NCBI GenBank assembly: GCA_046328995.1
Contig: JAXLVN010000001.1
Span: forward strand, 39,477-103,476
Reading direction: 5' to 3'
Source: Candidatus Kapaibacterium sp.
Lineage (GTDB): Bacteria; Bacteroidota; Ignavibacteria; Kapaibacteriales; UBA961
DNA length: 64,000 nucleotides
How positions within the stretch are numbered: position 1 is the first letter of the stretch; the number at the start of each line of letters is the position of its first letter. The notes beneath the pieces are model-generated. The model had not been told where the DNA came from and ran no database searches. It worked only from the letters and a program-made list of their open reading frames with translations. A program made the translations under genes and the position numbers. This document shows, piece by piece, positions 29,501 to 37,491 of this stretch.

Positions 29501-31785
29501 TTTTGCTGCGTAAATAATCTCACGTCAGTGTCGAAACCTGTGCCGATACGGAAGGTGGTGTCGAGCTTGCCATTCGGAAACAATCTGGCAACATTATGCA
29601 CCGGGATACCATTAAAGTAATTAAAATGTCCTCCGACAAGAATCTTTCCATCGCTTTGTTTTGCAACGGATACAACATATCCGTCAACTCCGGTACCAGA
29701 CTTGAAAGTAGTATCAGCTTCACCGGTCAAGCCATTAACACCATCGATTGCTCTCAATAGACACTTGTCAGACTCAATTTTGGGTACTGTCCACACATGC
29801 TCTAATCCAACCGCTTCATCTGTAATCACATGCCAAGAACTTCCACTGTCATCAGAATACTCTAGGCGTACATATGCATCTGCTGCTACTCCCCTCCACC
29901 GCACGGTCACCGTATCTTTCGCTGTAAGTATTTCATTGCCATTAGGATACGTGATGGTGATCTGGGATGCTGCTACCGCCGTTCCTTTCACTTCGGACAT
30001 AATAGTATCACCTGCCTGCGTGATGATAAAGACTTTATCGCCAAACGTCCCGACAGAAGTAGGGGAGAAGGCAATATCGATAATAGAGCTGTCTTTCGAT
30101 CGGGAGATTCCCTTGAGGAAAAAATTCGTATTTTTTTCAAAAAGTACCTCCTGTACCCGTAGAGTCGAGAGTCCCGTGCTGAGGCAAAGCATCGTTTTTT
30201 GCTGTGTAGTGCCAACCGTTGTCTGCCCGAAATCTATCGCCGAAGCTGTGCCCTTAGGAATAGAAATCGTGAAAAATCTATCCGATGTATCAGCGCCTGA
30301 TCCACCGATAATGCGCACTTTACAGCGGCCGCTTTCTGCTTTGGGAACTCTCCAGCGGAACTTCTCGTCTACCCCGTAGGTGGATATCAATTGCCAATCG
30401 ATATTGTTGGCGGTATAATAGATCGCAAGGGTGTCATTGTTCGTAGTGCCCTGCCAGGTGATTTCTGCTGTGTCACCTGAGGCAAGTACTTCACCGCCAT
30501 TGGGATAGGTGAGATCAAATGGTGCAATGGTCGTGAAAGAAAATGTATCGGAGCTCAATGTAGTAATCGATGAGTCAATTACATTTCTACTATATTCGAC
30601 TACTCGCCAATAGTATTTGGTATTGTATTGAAGGGCAGTCGCAGGTGTATAAGTTATACCTTTGGACTGTGGGTACGATGACGGAAATAATACCGATTGA
30701 TTCAAATTCGCAGGTGAAGTGCCATAGTGAAGATAGACTTCATTCGTGTACATACTTTGTATCCAACGAAACGTCGGAAAAACGCTTACCTTGCTCGATT
30801 GATGCGCCGGAAGAGTGAGACTTGCCGGTTTGTAATTCATGATTGAATTGGTATCTGCGTAGAGAACAGGGCTTGTGCCCGCATAGAGCTTTGAGCCCAA
30901 CCCAACCATACATCTGACGATGGCCTTTTTCAGACCGCAGTTTTGCCATGTCGCGCCATTGTCCTTGCTGGAATATACTTCCATTTCATACCCACTTACA
31001 TAGAGAGTAGATCCGATAGAAATTAACGAGACGACATTTAAGGTTGGTTTTGAGATTTGTACCCAGGTTAGTCCATTATTTGTGCTTCGGTATAGTCCGA
31101 CTTTATTGATATTCAGGTCTGCTGAGCCATAGTACGTACCGGCGAATAACGTCGAACCAACATTAGCAATAGCATTGACATATTTACAATTCAATCCATT
31201 ATTTACACTATCAATATGGAGCCACGTTGCACCAAAATCAGTGCTTTTATACATATAATTATCTATGGTGCAAGCATACACCGACGAGCCAATTATTTTA
31301 ACCTTAATGACAAAGCCGAGAACCGATGTTGGCTTCGTCCAACTGGTTCCATTATTACTACTTATATAAATACCATCTCGCGTCCCTGCATACAGCCGAG
31401 TGCCGTCTGTAGTAATCGAAAAGACATAACTGCTTGTAAAAGTACTAACTTTCGTCCAAGTGGTTCCTACATTAGTACTGCTATAAAGTCCTGAAGGTGT
31501 GCCTGCATAAAGCACGGTACCTTTAAATACTAATGAGTAAACGGCGGTATCTGTGAGCCCTGCATTCACATCGACCCAGGTACGCGCTGAGTCGGTACTT
31601 TTCATCACACCGGCGGTATTGGTACCGGCATATAGTACTCCGGCATTTTCGATGAGATCATAACAAAATTCGCCTTGAGGCCCATTCGATTCCGTCCATT
31701 GTGCGTGCACGATCGATGGTGAAAATACAATAGACAAACAAGCAATCAGCACGAGAATTCGATGGTAAGATACTGTAGTTTTCAT
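26548..31785 (-). CDS. Giant BNR/YAGT-repeat, delta-60-repeat and Ig/Fn3-like surface protein with T9SS C-terminal sorting domain (1745 aa)
   Basis: Signal peptide; N-terminal LYAGTxxGxxxSTNxGxTW repeats (BNR/Ycf48-like); block of ~8 repeats SGFDxxVxxxxxQSDGKIxxGGxFxxYNGxxxxxxxRLxxDGSLDxxF (delta-60-like); C-terminus …GTYYLVMKTGYNVTTHKLSIVK (T9SS CTD). Confidence 0.6.
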   Translation of the reverse strand: MKTTVSYHRILVLIACLSIVFSPSIVHAQWTESNGPQGEFCYDLIENAGVLYAGTNTAGVMKSTDSARTWVDVNAGLTDTAVYSLVFKGTVLYAGTPSGLYSSTNVGTTWTKVSTFTSSYVFSITTDGTRLYAGTRDGIYISSNNGTSWTKPTSVLGFVIKVKIIGSSVYACTIDNYMYKSTDFGATWLHIDSVNNGLNCKYVNAIANVGSTLFAGTYYGSADLNINKVGLYRSTNNGLTWVQISKPTLNVVSLISIGSTLYVSGYEMEVYSSKDNGATWQNCGLKKAIVRCMVGLGSKLYAGTSPVLYADTNSIMNYKPASLTLPAHQSSKVSVFPTFRWIQSMYTNEVYLHYGTSPANLNQSVLFPSSYPQSKGITYTPATALQYNTKYYWRVVEYSRNVIDSSITTLSSDTFSFTTIAPFDLTYPNGGEVLASGDTAEITWQGTTNNDTLAIYYTANNIDWQLISTYGVDEKFRWRVPKAESGRCKVRIIGGSGADTSDRFFTISIPKGTASAIDFGQTTVGTTQQKTMLCLSTGLSTLRVQEVLFEKNTNFFLKGISRSKDSSIIDIAFSPTSVGTFGDKVFIITQAGDTIMSEVKGTAVAASQITITYPNGNEILTAKDTVTVRWRGVAADAYVRLEYSDDSGSSWHVITDEAVGLEHVWTVPKIESDKCLLRAIDGVNGLTGEADTTFKSGTGVDGYVVSVAKQSDGKILVGGHFNYFNGIPVHNVARLFPNGKLDTTFRIGTGFDTDVRLFTQQKDGKLLVAGNFTTYNSTSVHGLVRLNLDGSLDPTFAVNEGVDEQINSMGLQSDGKIVIIGQFTKFGTKTANRIARLLPDGTLDNTFQSGSGFSSTVDASIIDDDFIYLAGNRVSYNGSAFKNGFKLLPNGVNDTTYKTKSGFDGWIQYASLQSDKKILYSGGIFGYDGFKSINIVRLLSDGSVDSSFVSLFDNASNKAYGTTSQNDGKIYISGSFTSYDNSPVSNFVRVFPDGKYDPEFTKGSGFNANTLGSVLNNDYGVIVYGLFNSFNGVAHNGIIQLFTKVTTATSDTSDALFAISIPKGISTTLDFGKTDTNTNNAKDITLTNTGKVPLALTLLQNTQGDPFSTQDTAKRVIPAGKDTLINISFIPTAVSVYADTMKWVTIAGDTIVSTMRGEGIASKPGVRASFTSPSVSMCRFTDTLLTVKVTGGTPPFQFAWRNKDGSVITPSDIRNGGTPTDSTISVSPSSTVTYRVIVTDSKSQRDTALVDIFIKNRPTPKLLAKGGTTICQGDSALIEVLNEATYSGAPLWSTGSIGATLWVKTSGVYFCSIDSNGCVGSSDSIKITVNPTPSIAISQAGNELIATPADTYQWLASDGTPITGATSQKYAPPADGTYSVRGTINGCSATSPAFTFVKVVNTSKIVVFDLNFGQQVVSNIIGRNAPLRNSIKVLNDGTIDRIIDSIIVKNTVFSLKKNALPRLIPPGVTVSFNIDFTPSAIGVFTDDILVYSGREIIRGSISGEGIALPSDGVITEIELVPNALSVSPGDTLQVYLRIKDEQPQASKATKFIANMQYDSRVLQWLPRSRQYNDEDSKRTNYWSLNVQEKRRFQGNPRLDTLMFLVKLADVDSTSLIFNDSTAFIWTDANGKVFPACRDSIVYIKVCKDGGTSQLIRFATPDVIKQVAPNPSGGTTTVSLSIGIAGACTVTLLDIFGRVHDEVVYPFLPSGDHILKFDNSSIENGTYYLVMKTGYNVTTHKLSIVK

Positions 31786-31830
31786 AATAGGTTATGATAG
31801 AAATAAGGAGAGTCAAATATTCTCAGTATG

Positions 31831-32727
31831 TTATTTTGTAGTTTGAAATTTTTCAAGGAAATTCTTAACTGCATTCTTATAAATATCAACTGTTGGATGT
31901 AGTTTCATGCATGTTGAATACGATTCTAATGCAGCACTATACAGTTTCCGATCTTCATACCAGGCGCCGAGTATATACCACGAGAGCGCTTTCGAAGGAG
32001 AAAAGTCCACTTCTTCCTTGAGCTGCGTTCGCTCTCTGTCTAAGCGAAGTGCTTCATCTTCATCAAGATACATGATGCATGCAGGTGCCGAACCCGACGA
32101 GGCTAGTGATGAATTCGACACACTCCAATAATAGCATACTCCGCGCTTGAATTCACGTATGTCACTCGACAGATTGAGGGTAAGCGCTGTGTCCCTGAGT
32201 TTCTTGGAATAGACCACGATGCCACGTTCATCGGTCAGTTTTACCTCGAAATTTTCTGCTTTATCGGCATGCCATTGTAATGTTACTGTCGGCGTAAGTA
32301 CTTTGGTATCAAATGGAAAATGCACTTTCACCGCGCCGGCATTCCGCACGATCGAGCCGACGAGGTCAGCCTGCGGACCTGTTTTCATGGCTTGATTCAC
32401 AAAATTGCTGATTTTTTGAAGTGAACTAATATTCTTGGCTTTTTTCGTCGGCTTGAGTTCGTAACTTCCTTTTTTATCATATTCTACAAGCACACTTTCA
32501 CTGCTGATGAATGTTGCATAGGCATTGGCGGCGAGTCTGATTTTGGTGTAGGAGGGCAGCTCGACGGTAGGGTACACGCGGAACCATGTCTTCGTGCCGG
32601 GCTTCTGTCCCTCGACCACACCTTGTGTCATCAAGACTTTGAAGATAGACTCTTGCGCCGCTGCAGTCATCGACATACTGACGCACAGGCAGCAGAGCCA
32701 TACAGGGATACAGGCAGGTAATTTCAT
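31831..32727 (-). CDS. Hypothetical secreted protein (Fn3-like middle, TPR-like C-terminus)
   Basis: Signal peptide MKLPACIPVWLCCLCVSMSMTAAAQ; start overlaps upstream CHASE2 gene stop by 4 nt (ATGA). Confidence 0.5.
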   Translation of the reverse strand: MKLPACIPVWLCCLCVSMSMTAAAQESIFKVLMTQGVVEGQKPGTKTWFRVYPTVELPSYTKIRLAANAYATFISSESVLVEYDKKGSYELKPTKKAKNISSLQKISNFVNQAMKTGPQADLVGSIVRNAGAVKVHFPFDTKVLTPTVTLQWHADKAENFEVKLTDERGIVVYSKKLRDTALTLNLSSDIREFKRGVCYYWSVSNSSLASSGSAPACIMYLDEDEALRLDRERTQLKEEVDFSPSKALSWYILGAWYEDRKLYSAALESYSTCMKLHPTVDIYKNAVKNFLEKFQTTK

Positions 32728-33983
32728 CGTTTTTTCTTTCTTCCTTTCCGAGAAGGCCGAGGAGCGATCACGGGTGGATGCGCTCCCGAAGGCAGCTCTT
32801 GTTGTGAAGTACTGCGTTTTTTTTGTTTTGAATACTTTCTCGCTGCTAATGCACTGGCATATATCTGATATCCATCGGCGGCAAGCGCGACCGATAAGGT
32901 CGCAAGTGCGCTGTCGAAATGATATCGGAAATAATCGAAACAGACAATGACCAAAAAGAGAAGCAAGATAATGGTAGTAATCTGCAATGTCTTTGAAATC
33001 AAGTCATAGTAGTTGGGGAATTTGTCGTCGATGAGCGTAAACAGGAGGATAACAATCCAACAAAACGCCCACGATACCACGACATTGACCGCCGTGCTCA
33101 TGGAGTTCACGTAGTCCCGATGTATTATCATCGACAAAACATTAGCATGAATTTCTACTCCAAACATATCAGGAAATGACTTACCTGCATAGCGCTTGTT
33201 CACGGGTGTGAAATACCGGTCATCATATGAATTCCGATCGTTTAAATGTTCGCCGAGGTAGCCGAAGAGAACAATTTTACCCGTCATAAAGTCAATGCTG
33301 ATACTCGTATCGAGCACCTGAGGGAAATCGACCCGTACAAATGAATTAAGTTTTTGATAATTAATTGATTCCGTTTGATTATTCCTCTCGCGGAGATACG
33401 CCACATCCTCGGGCGATATCAGCGCTGCAATCTGTACGGCGAATGCACAATGCTCTTGCGTGCCGACGTTTTCAAAAGGCGTCACCGTCCGAATAGTACG
33501 ATACGTACCGACGGCAGAGGGGAAATTAACATACCCCGATTTTTTGGGACGTAATGAATCATGGGTGATACCCGGAATTGAGCCCACGGGGCTATCCTCC
33601 TCCCGTGTCAGCTGCTCAGCAAGCACAATATTGTCGTAGTCGTTGAACGTACGTACAAGACTCATCGTCTCCTCGGGGGACACGTCCCGTAAAAACATCG
33701 CATCGACGGCCGCAAGTTTCGGTCGGATGGACATCACCCGCCGAATGACGGCTGCAATTTCTGATCGGTTGAGAGCACCGATATTGACAATCACGATATT
33801 GGTGTCAATACGTTTCGGTGCCTCGTCCAAGAGCTGAGAATACACAATATCCGTCAGCTCAAAATCCTTGAATGCCTGCTGCAATGGATCAAAAAAATCC
33901 GAATTAATCGGCAGGGAATTAATGACAAAGAGCACCCCGAAAATAAGTGTCGTCAACAGCGCGCTATGAAAGATACGATTCAT
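32724..33983 (-). CDS. CHASE2 domain-containing membrane protein without cytoplasmic output domain
   Basis: N-terminal TM, then CHASE2-like conserved blocks (IVIVNIG, AAVDAMF, IVLAEQL, KIVLFGYLGE, FGVEIHANVLSMII), then 3 C-terminal TM helices and only a short basic tail (SRKGRKKKR). Confidence 0.6.
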   Translation of the reverse strand: MNRIFHSALLTTLIFGVLFVINSLPINSDFFDPLQQAFKDFELTDIVYSQLLDEAPKRIDTNIVIVNIGALNRSEIAAVIRRVMSIRPKLAAVDAMFLRDVSPEETMSLVRTFNDYDNIVLAEQLTREEDSPVGSIPGITHDSLRPKKSGYVNFPSAVGTYRTIRTVTPFENVGTQEHCAFAVQIAALISPEDVAYLRERNNQTESINYQKLNSFVRVDFPQVLDTSISIDFMTGKIVLFGYLGEHLNDRNSYDDRYFTPVNKRYAGKSFPDMFGVEIHANVLSMIIHRDYVNSMSTAVNVVVSWAFCWIVILLFTLIDDKFPNYYDLISKTLQITTIILLLFLVIVCFDYFRYHFDSALATLSVALAADGYQIYASALAARKYSKQKKRSTSQQELPSGAHPPVIAPRPSRKGRKKKR

Positions 33984-33988
33984 AGAAG

Positions 33989-36166
33989 TTACTTACGGTT
34001 ATCGGTTTCGATAATAATACGTACGATCCGATTATAAAACCGTCCCTCGGGGAGGTCATTTTTGTACGTCTCGGATATGCCGTCACCCCGTACTTCACTA
34101 ATATTCTCTTTTGGCAGCAGGGCAGCGATACTTTCGGCACGTTTGAGCGAAAGTGCTTTGTTGTATTCCTGACTGCCGATATTATCGGTATAGCCGACTA
34201 TCCGCACGACAGATTGAGAGGTTATTCTTTTTGACACTTCGGCAATTGTCTGCCTGCTGATGGCACTGAGCTCGGTACTGTTGATATCGAAGAGCAGAAC
34301 ATCAACGATATCCACATATTTATCCGGAATTTTTTGACGTTCTTTCTCTTCCGGCGAGACCTGCTTTACCTTTAAATTCAGCGTCGTCGCCGTGCGTGGG
34401 ATCACCCCTTTGGCATTCGAGACGACAAAATCATAATACAAATCACCTTGAGAGATCGGCAGGTTCGCGATCGATTTCCATGAAAAATCGAACGTATGAG
34501 GCACGATGTCGTTGAAGTTTTCTTTTTTGATAAATAATTGAGAATTCTGACCTTCCGCCGATTGCTTGAGTTCAAAATACCCTCCGGTCAGCGCAAAGGG
34601 AGACTTCACGGTCGAATAATATGTCAGGCGCTCCGGCTCGACTTCACGGTCAAGTTCTATTGTCGCAATAGGATCAAATAAAGACTGCTCATCGCTCATC
34701 AGCTCGACTCTCCGATTTTCCTGGCGGGCTTTTTCTTCTGTGGTACTACCATTTATCGACGCGGGCTTGGGAGGGAGTTCGCCGGCTACGACCACGAGCC
34801 GTTCATCCGGAATCTTCCAGGTATCCTGAAAGTATTTTTTGACAATGAGTGCCCTGTCATTGGCAATTTCTTTCCCGTTCGGCTCGATGCCGTCGGTATA
34901 TCCTGCAATCGTCAGCACAGCATTCGGCTTTTGCGTCAAGCGTTTACCGACAATATTGAGCACGTCGTTATAGAGTGCCAGAGGTTTGGACTTGACTTTG
35001 GCGACCGTCTTTTCAATCTTATACTGATCGCGAAGAGTGGGGTCGATAAATGAATAAGCATCCGATATTTCACTGGCCGACGGGAAGTAAAAGATATAGG
35101 GCAGTATGGGTTTAAGAATAGTTTTTCTGAATTGCTGCACCGTAATTTCAAGTCCCGGATACGAGCGTCGTGTGCCATTGGAATAGACACCAACCACACT
35201 GTCAATTTCGGCAAGGGTGACCGTCGAGATACATTCGCATTTGTTGGTCGTCGGATTCATTTTCAGCTGTTGGTCATCTTTGCAGAGCAGTACTGGCACA
35301 CAATCATTTCCCTCTAATACCGGTAGATAGCACTGAGGGCAATTATTCTCGGCAAAGACCGTAGGCGTCACCGAGTACCGAAGCGATAGGCCGGCATAGA
35401 GTCCGCTCATTTTCCAGGTACCGTTATCCCGCAGACCGGACGATACATCCGTAATGCCGAATGAATAGAAGAGTTCCGGAGTGAGCAACGTGCTGCCATT
35501 GAGATTAGCAGCAATATCATAGCTCAGGCCGAGAATACCGGATAGTTGGAGTGCATTCAGTGCAGGGAGCGTACCTTGAGTGGTATTTCTTTCTTTGGAA
35601 TAAATGCCCTCGGCAGCGTTATAAAAATACGCATTCGAAGGATTGGAGACGGTTTCACTCTGGCGGTAGCTGCTGTAGAAGATGTAGTCTGTCTTTACCC
35701 CGCCCATGATGGAGAATCGATTGGTAATACGATATCCCGGCATGGCAAGTAGGGTAGCATTGGCAATTTTTGCCGATATAGCATACTCAAATGCTCCGGT
35801 AACAGCCAGATTACCATTGCTGTTATCATTAAAAATCGTCGTATGCGTTTGGCGAAGCGTCGCACCGTGGTACTGAATGCCGAGGCGTGCATCAAGGATC
35901 CATTTATTATCGCTCGAGAGTGGAAAGACGAGGAGTCCGCCGGCTGCAAAACCTATTCCGGACTGTGATGCCGCATCGCTGAAGTTATCCGGGCAGCAAA
36001 AGGCTATATCATTAAATTTTGCAAAATTCGCATGATGTATGTCAAGACCACCCTGAGCATATACTCCATAGCGTAAGTACTGTAGGGTATCCGTCTTGGG
36101 AGCAGTCTGAGCGTTGAGATGGAGGACACATACGAGAAATGCCGACACAAGTACCAATAATTTCAT
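33989..36166 (-). CDS. Outer-membrane protein with beta-barrel and two OmpA-like domains
   Basis: Start moved to MKLLVLVSAFLVCVLHLNAQ (36166), which removes overlap with upstream gene; OmpA-like blocks AVLTIAGYTDGIEPNGKEIANDRALIVKKYF and VRIVGYTDNIGSQEYNKALSLKRAESIAALL. Confidence 0.6.
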   Translation of the reverse strand: MKLLVLVSAFLVCVLHLNAQTAPKTDTLQYLRYGVYAQGGLDIHHANFAKFNDIAFCCPDNFSDAASQSGIGFAAGGLLVFPLSSDNKWILDARLGIQYHGATLRQTHTTIFNDNSNGNLAVTGAFEYAISAKIANATLLAMPGYRITNRFSIMGGVKTDYIFYSSYRQSETVSNPSNAYFYNAAEGIYSKERNTTQGTLPALNALQLSGILGLSYDIAANLNGSTLLTPELFYSFGITDVSSGLRDNGTWKMSGLYAGLSLRYSVTPTVFAENNCPQCYLPVLEGNDCVPVLLCKDDQQLKMNPTTNKCECISTVTLAEIDSVVGVYSNGTRRSYPGLEITVQQFRKTILKPILPYIFYFPSASEISDAYSFIDPTLRDQYKIEKTVAKVKSKPLALYNDVLNIVGKRLTQKPNAVLTIAGYTDGIEPNGKEIANDRALIVKKYFQDTWKIPDERLVVVAGELPPKPASINGSTTEEKARQENRRVELMSDEQSLFDPIATIELDREVEPERLTYYSTVKSPFALTGGYFELKQSAEGQNSQLFIKKENFNDIVPHTFDFSWKSIANLPISQGDLYYDFVVSNAKGVIPRTATTLNLKVKQVSPEEKERQKIPDKYVDIVDVLLFDINSTELSAISRQTIAEVSKRITSQSVVRIVGYTDNIGSQEYNKALSLKRAESIAALLPKENISEVRGDGISETYKNDLPEGRFYNRIVRIIIETDNRK

Positions 36167-36176
36167 AGAGTTCTTT

Positions 36177-37475
36177 CTATCTGTTACTAATAGAATTTTC
36201 AATTTCAATTTGAACAGTACGGCAGTACATTCGAGATTCGGGTGTTTTCCATTCGTCTTTGAAGAGGTCTTTTTCGCCATTGCCAATGCTCCGAATATGG
36301 TCTTGCTGAATGATACCTTTAAATCGTTCGATGACATAGGCCATAATATTCTCGGCCCGTGCTACCGAACGCAGGCGATTGCGTTCATCATCACCAATTT
36401 CATCGGCATAGCCATTAATCGTCACCTTCGAGCTCGGCAGCAGGCGGCCTTTTTCATATATAATTTCAATAATTTTCCGGTGATAATCCGTAAGAAGATT
36501 CGAATTGAAATCGAAAAGTATGAGGTTGAATCGATGGAGTTCTTTCCCGGCAATTTTCAGAGTTTTTTTCTTAAACAATGTCTGCTGCTCTACTTGAATA
36601 TTACTGACGGCGCTTACTTGTTGTCGGTTCGTATTATCGGTGGTATAGAGTCTGAACTCTATTTGCTGTTCGGTCTTCGGTTGATGTTCCACATCTTCTT
36701 CTATATTCCAGAGATACATCGGCGGCAGATCGGTGCCTTCGCGTCTGAAAAGCAGGCTGTCCTCTGTGAGCTGCCATGCTTTCAAATCATGGCGTACAAT
36801 ACGTTCACGCTGATCGCAATCGATCTGGAATTCTATCATCGGCGGCGTCATGCGTATCTGTACATCACGGATTTCGACCGGACGGAGTATTTTCCAGTCC
36901 GCGACGAGCTCGACGCGTCTGTTCTCCGTATACGAGGCCTCTGTATATTCCGACTGTGCCGTAATAGACGGCTTTTCCGGCAGGCCGCGGGCACGTATGA
37001 CCAAGCGTGCTGAATCGATACCCCAAACAGTAAGAAAATACGTACGAATCGATTGTGCCCGAAGTAGGGCGATGGTGTCGAGTTCCATACCATCGGTACA
37101 CCCGATAATCTGCATCGTATCGAGTGGATTGTCGCGTAGTCTCTTGCCGACGATATTGAGAATGTACCGGTAGGCGTACAGTGGGGTAATGGATTGAGGA
37201 AGGTTGTTTTCATTGAAATACTTAGCTTCAGCAGGAGTTAACTTTTTATACCTGCCTACCTGCAGATCGACTGAGTCTTTTTCAAAAAAAATATACGGCA
37301 GGAGAGGCAAGAGGGTAATTGCTTCCACTTCTTCACGGAGCACGGTAATAACGGGTTCTCGGTTACCTTTTTCATCCACTCCGACAGCCGAAACTCTTGC
37401 ATCTGTCTGAGATACAAGCAGTGGAGGAAGCGCGCAGGAGAGTAGCAAGGCAATCGTAGTACAAAATCTAATCAT
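36177..37475 (-). CDS. OmpA-family lipoprotein with two OmpA-like domains
   Basis: Start at MIRFCTTIALLLSCA (lipobox LLSC); OmpA-like blocks MQIIGCTDGMELDTIALLRAQSIRTYF and VTINGYADEIGDDERNRLRSVARAENIMAYV. Confidence 0.6.
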   Translation of the reverse strand: MIRFCTTIALLLSCALPPLLVSQTDARVSAVGVDEKGNREPVITVLREEVEAITLLPLLPYIFFEKDSVDLQVGRYKKLTPAEAKYFNENNLPQSITPLYAYRYILNIVGKRLRDNPLDTMQIIGCTDGMELDTIALLRAQSIRTYFLTVWGIDSARLVIRARGLPEKPSITAQSEYTEASYTENRRVELVADWKILRPVEIRDVQIRMTPPMIEFQIDCDQRERIVRHDLKAWQLTEDSLLFRREGTDLPPMYLWNIEEDVEHQPKTEQQIEFRLYTTDNTNRQQVSAVSNIQVEQQTLFKKKTLKIAGKELHRFNLILFDFNSNLLTDYHRKIIEIIYEKGRLLPSSKVTINGYADEIGDDERNRLRSVARAENIMAYVIERFKGIIQQDHIRSIGNGEKDLFKDEWKTPESRMYCRTVQIEIENSISNR

Positions 37476-37491
37476 AGGCCTGATTATTTTA

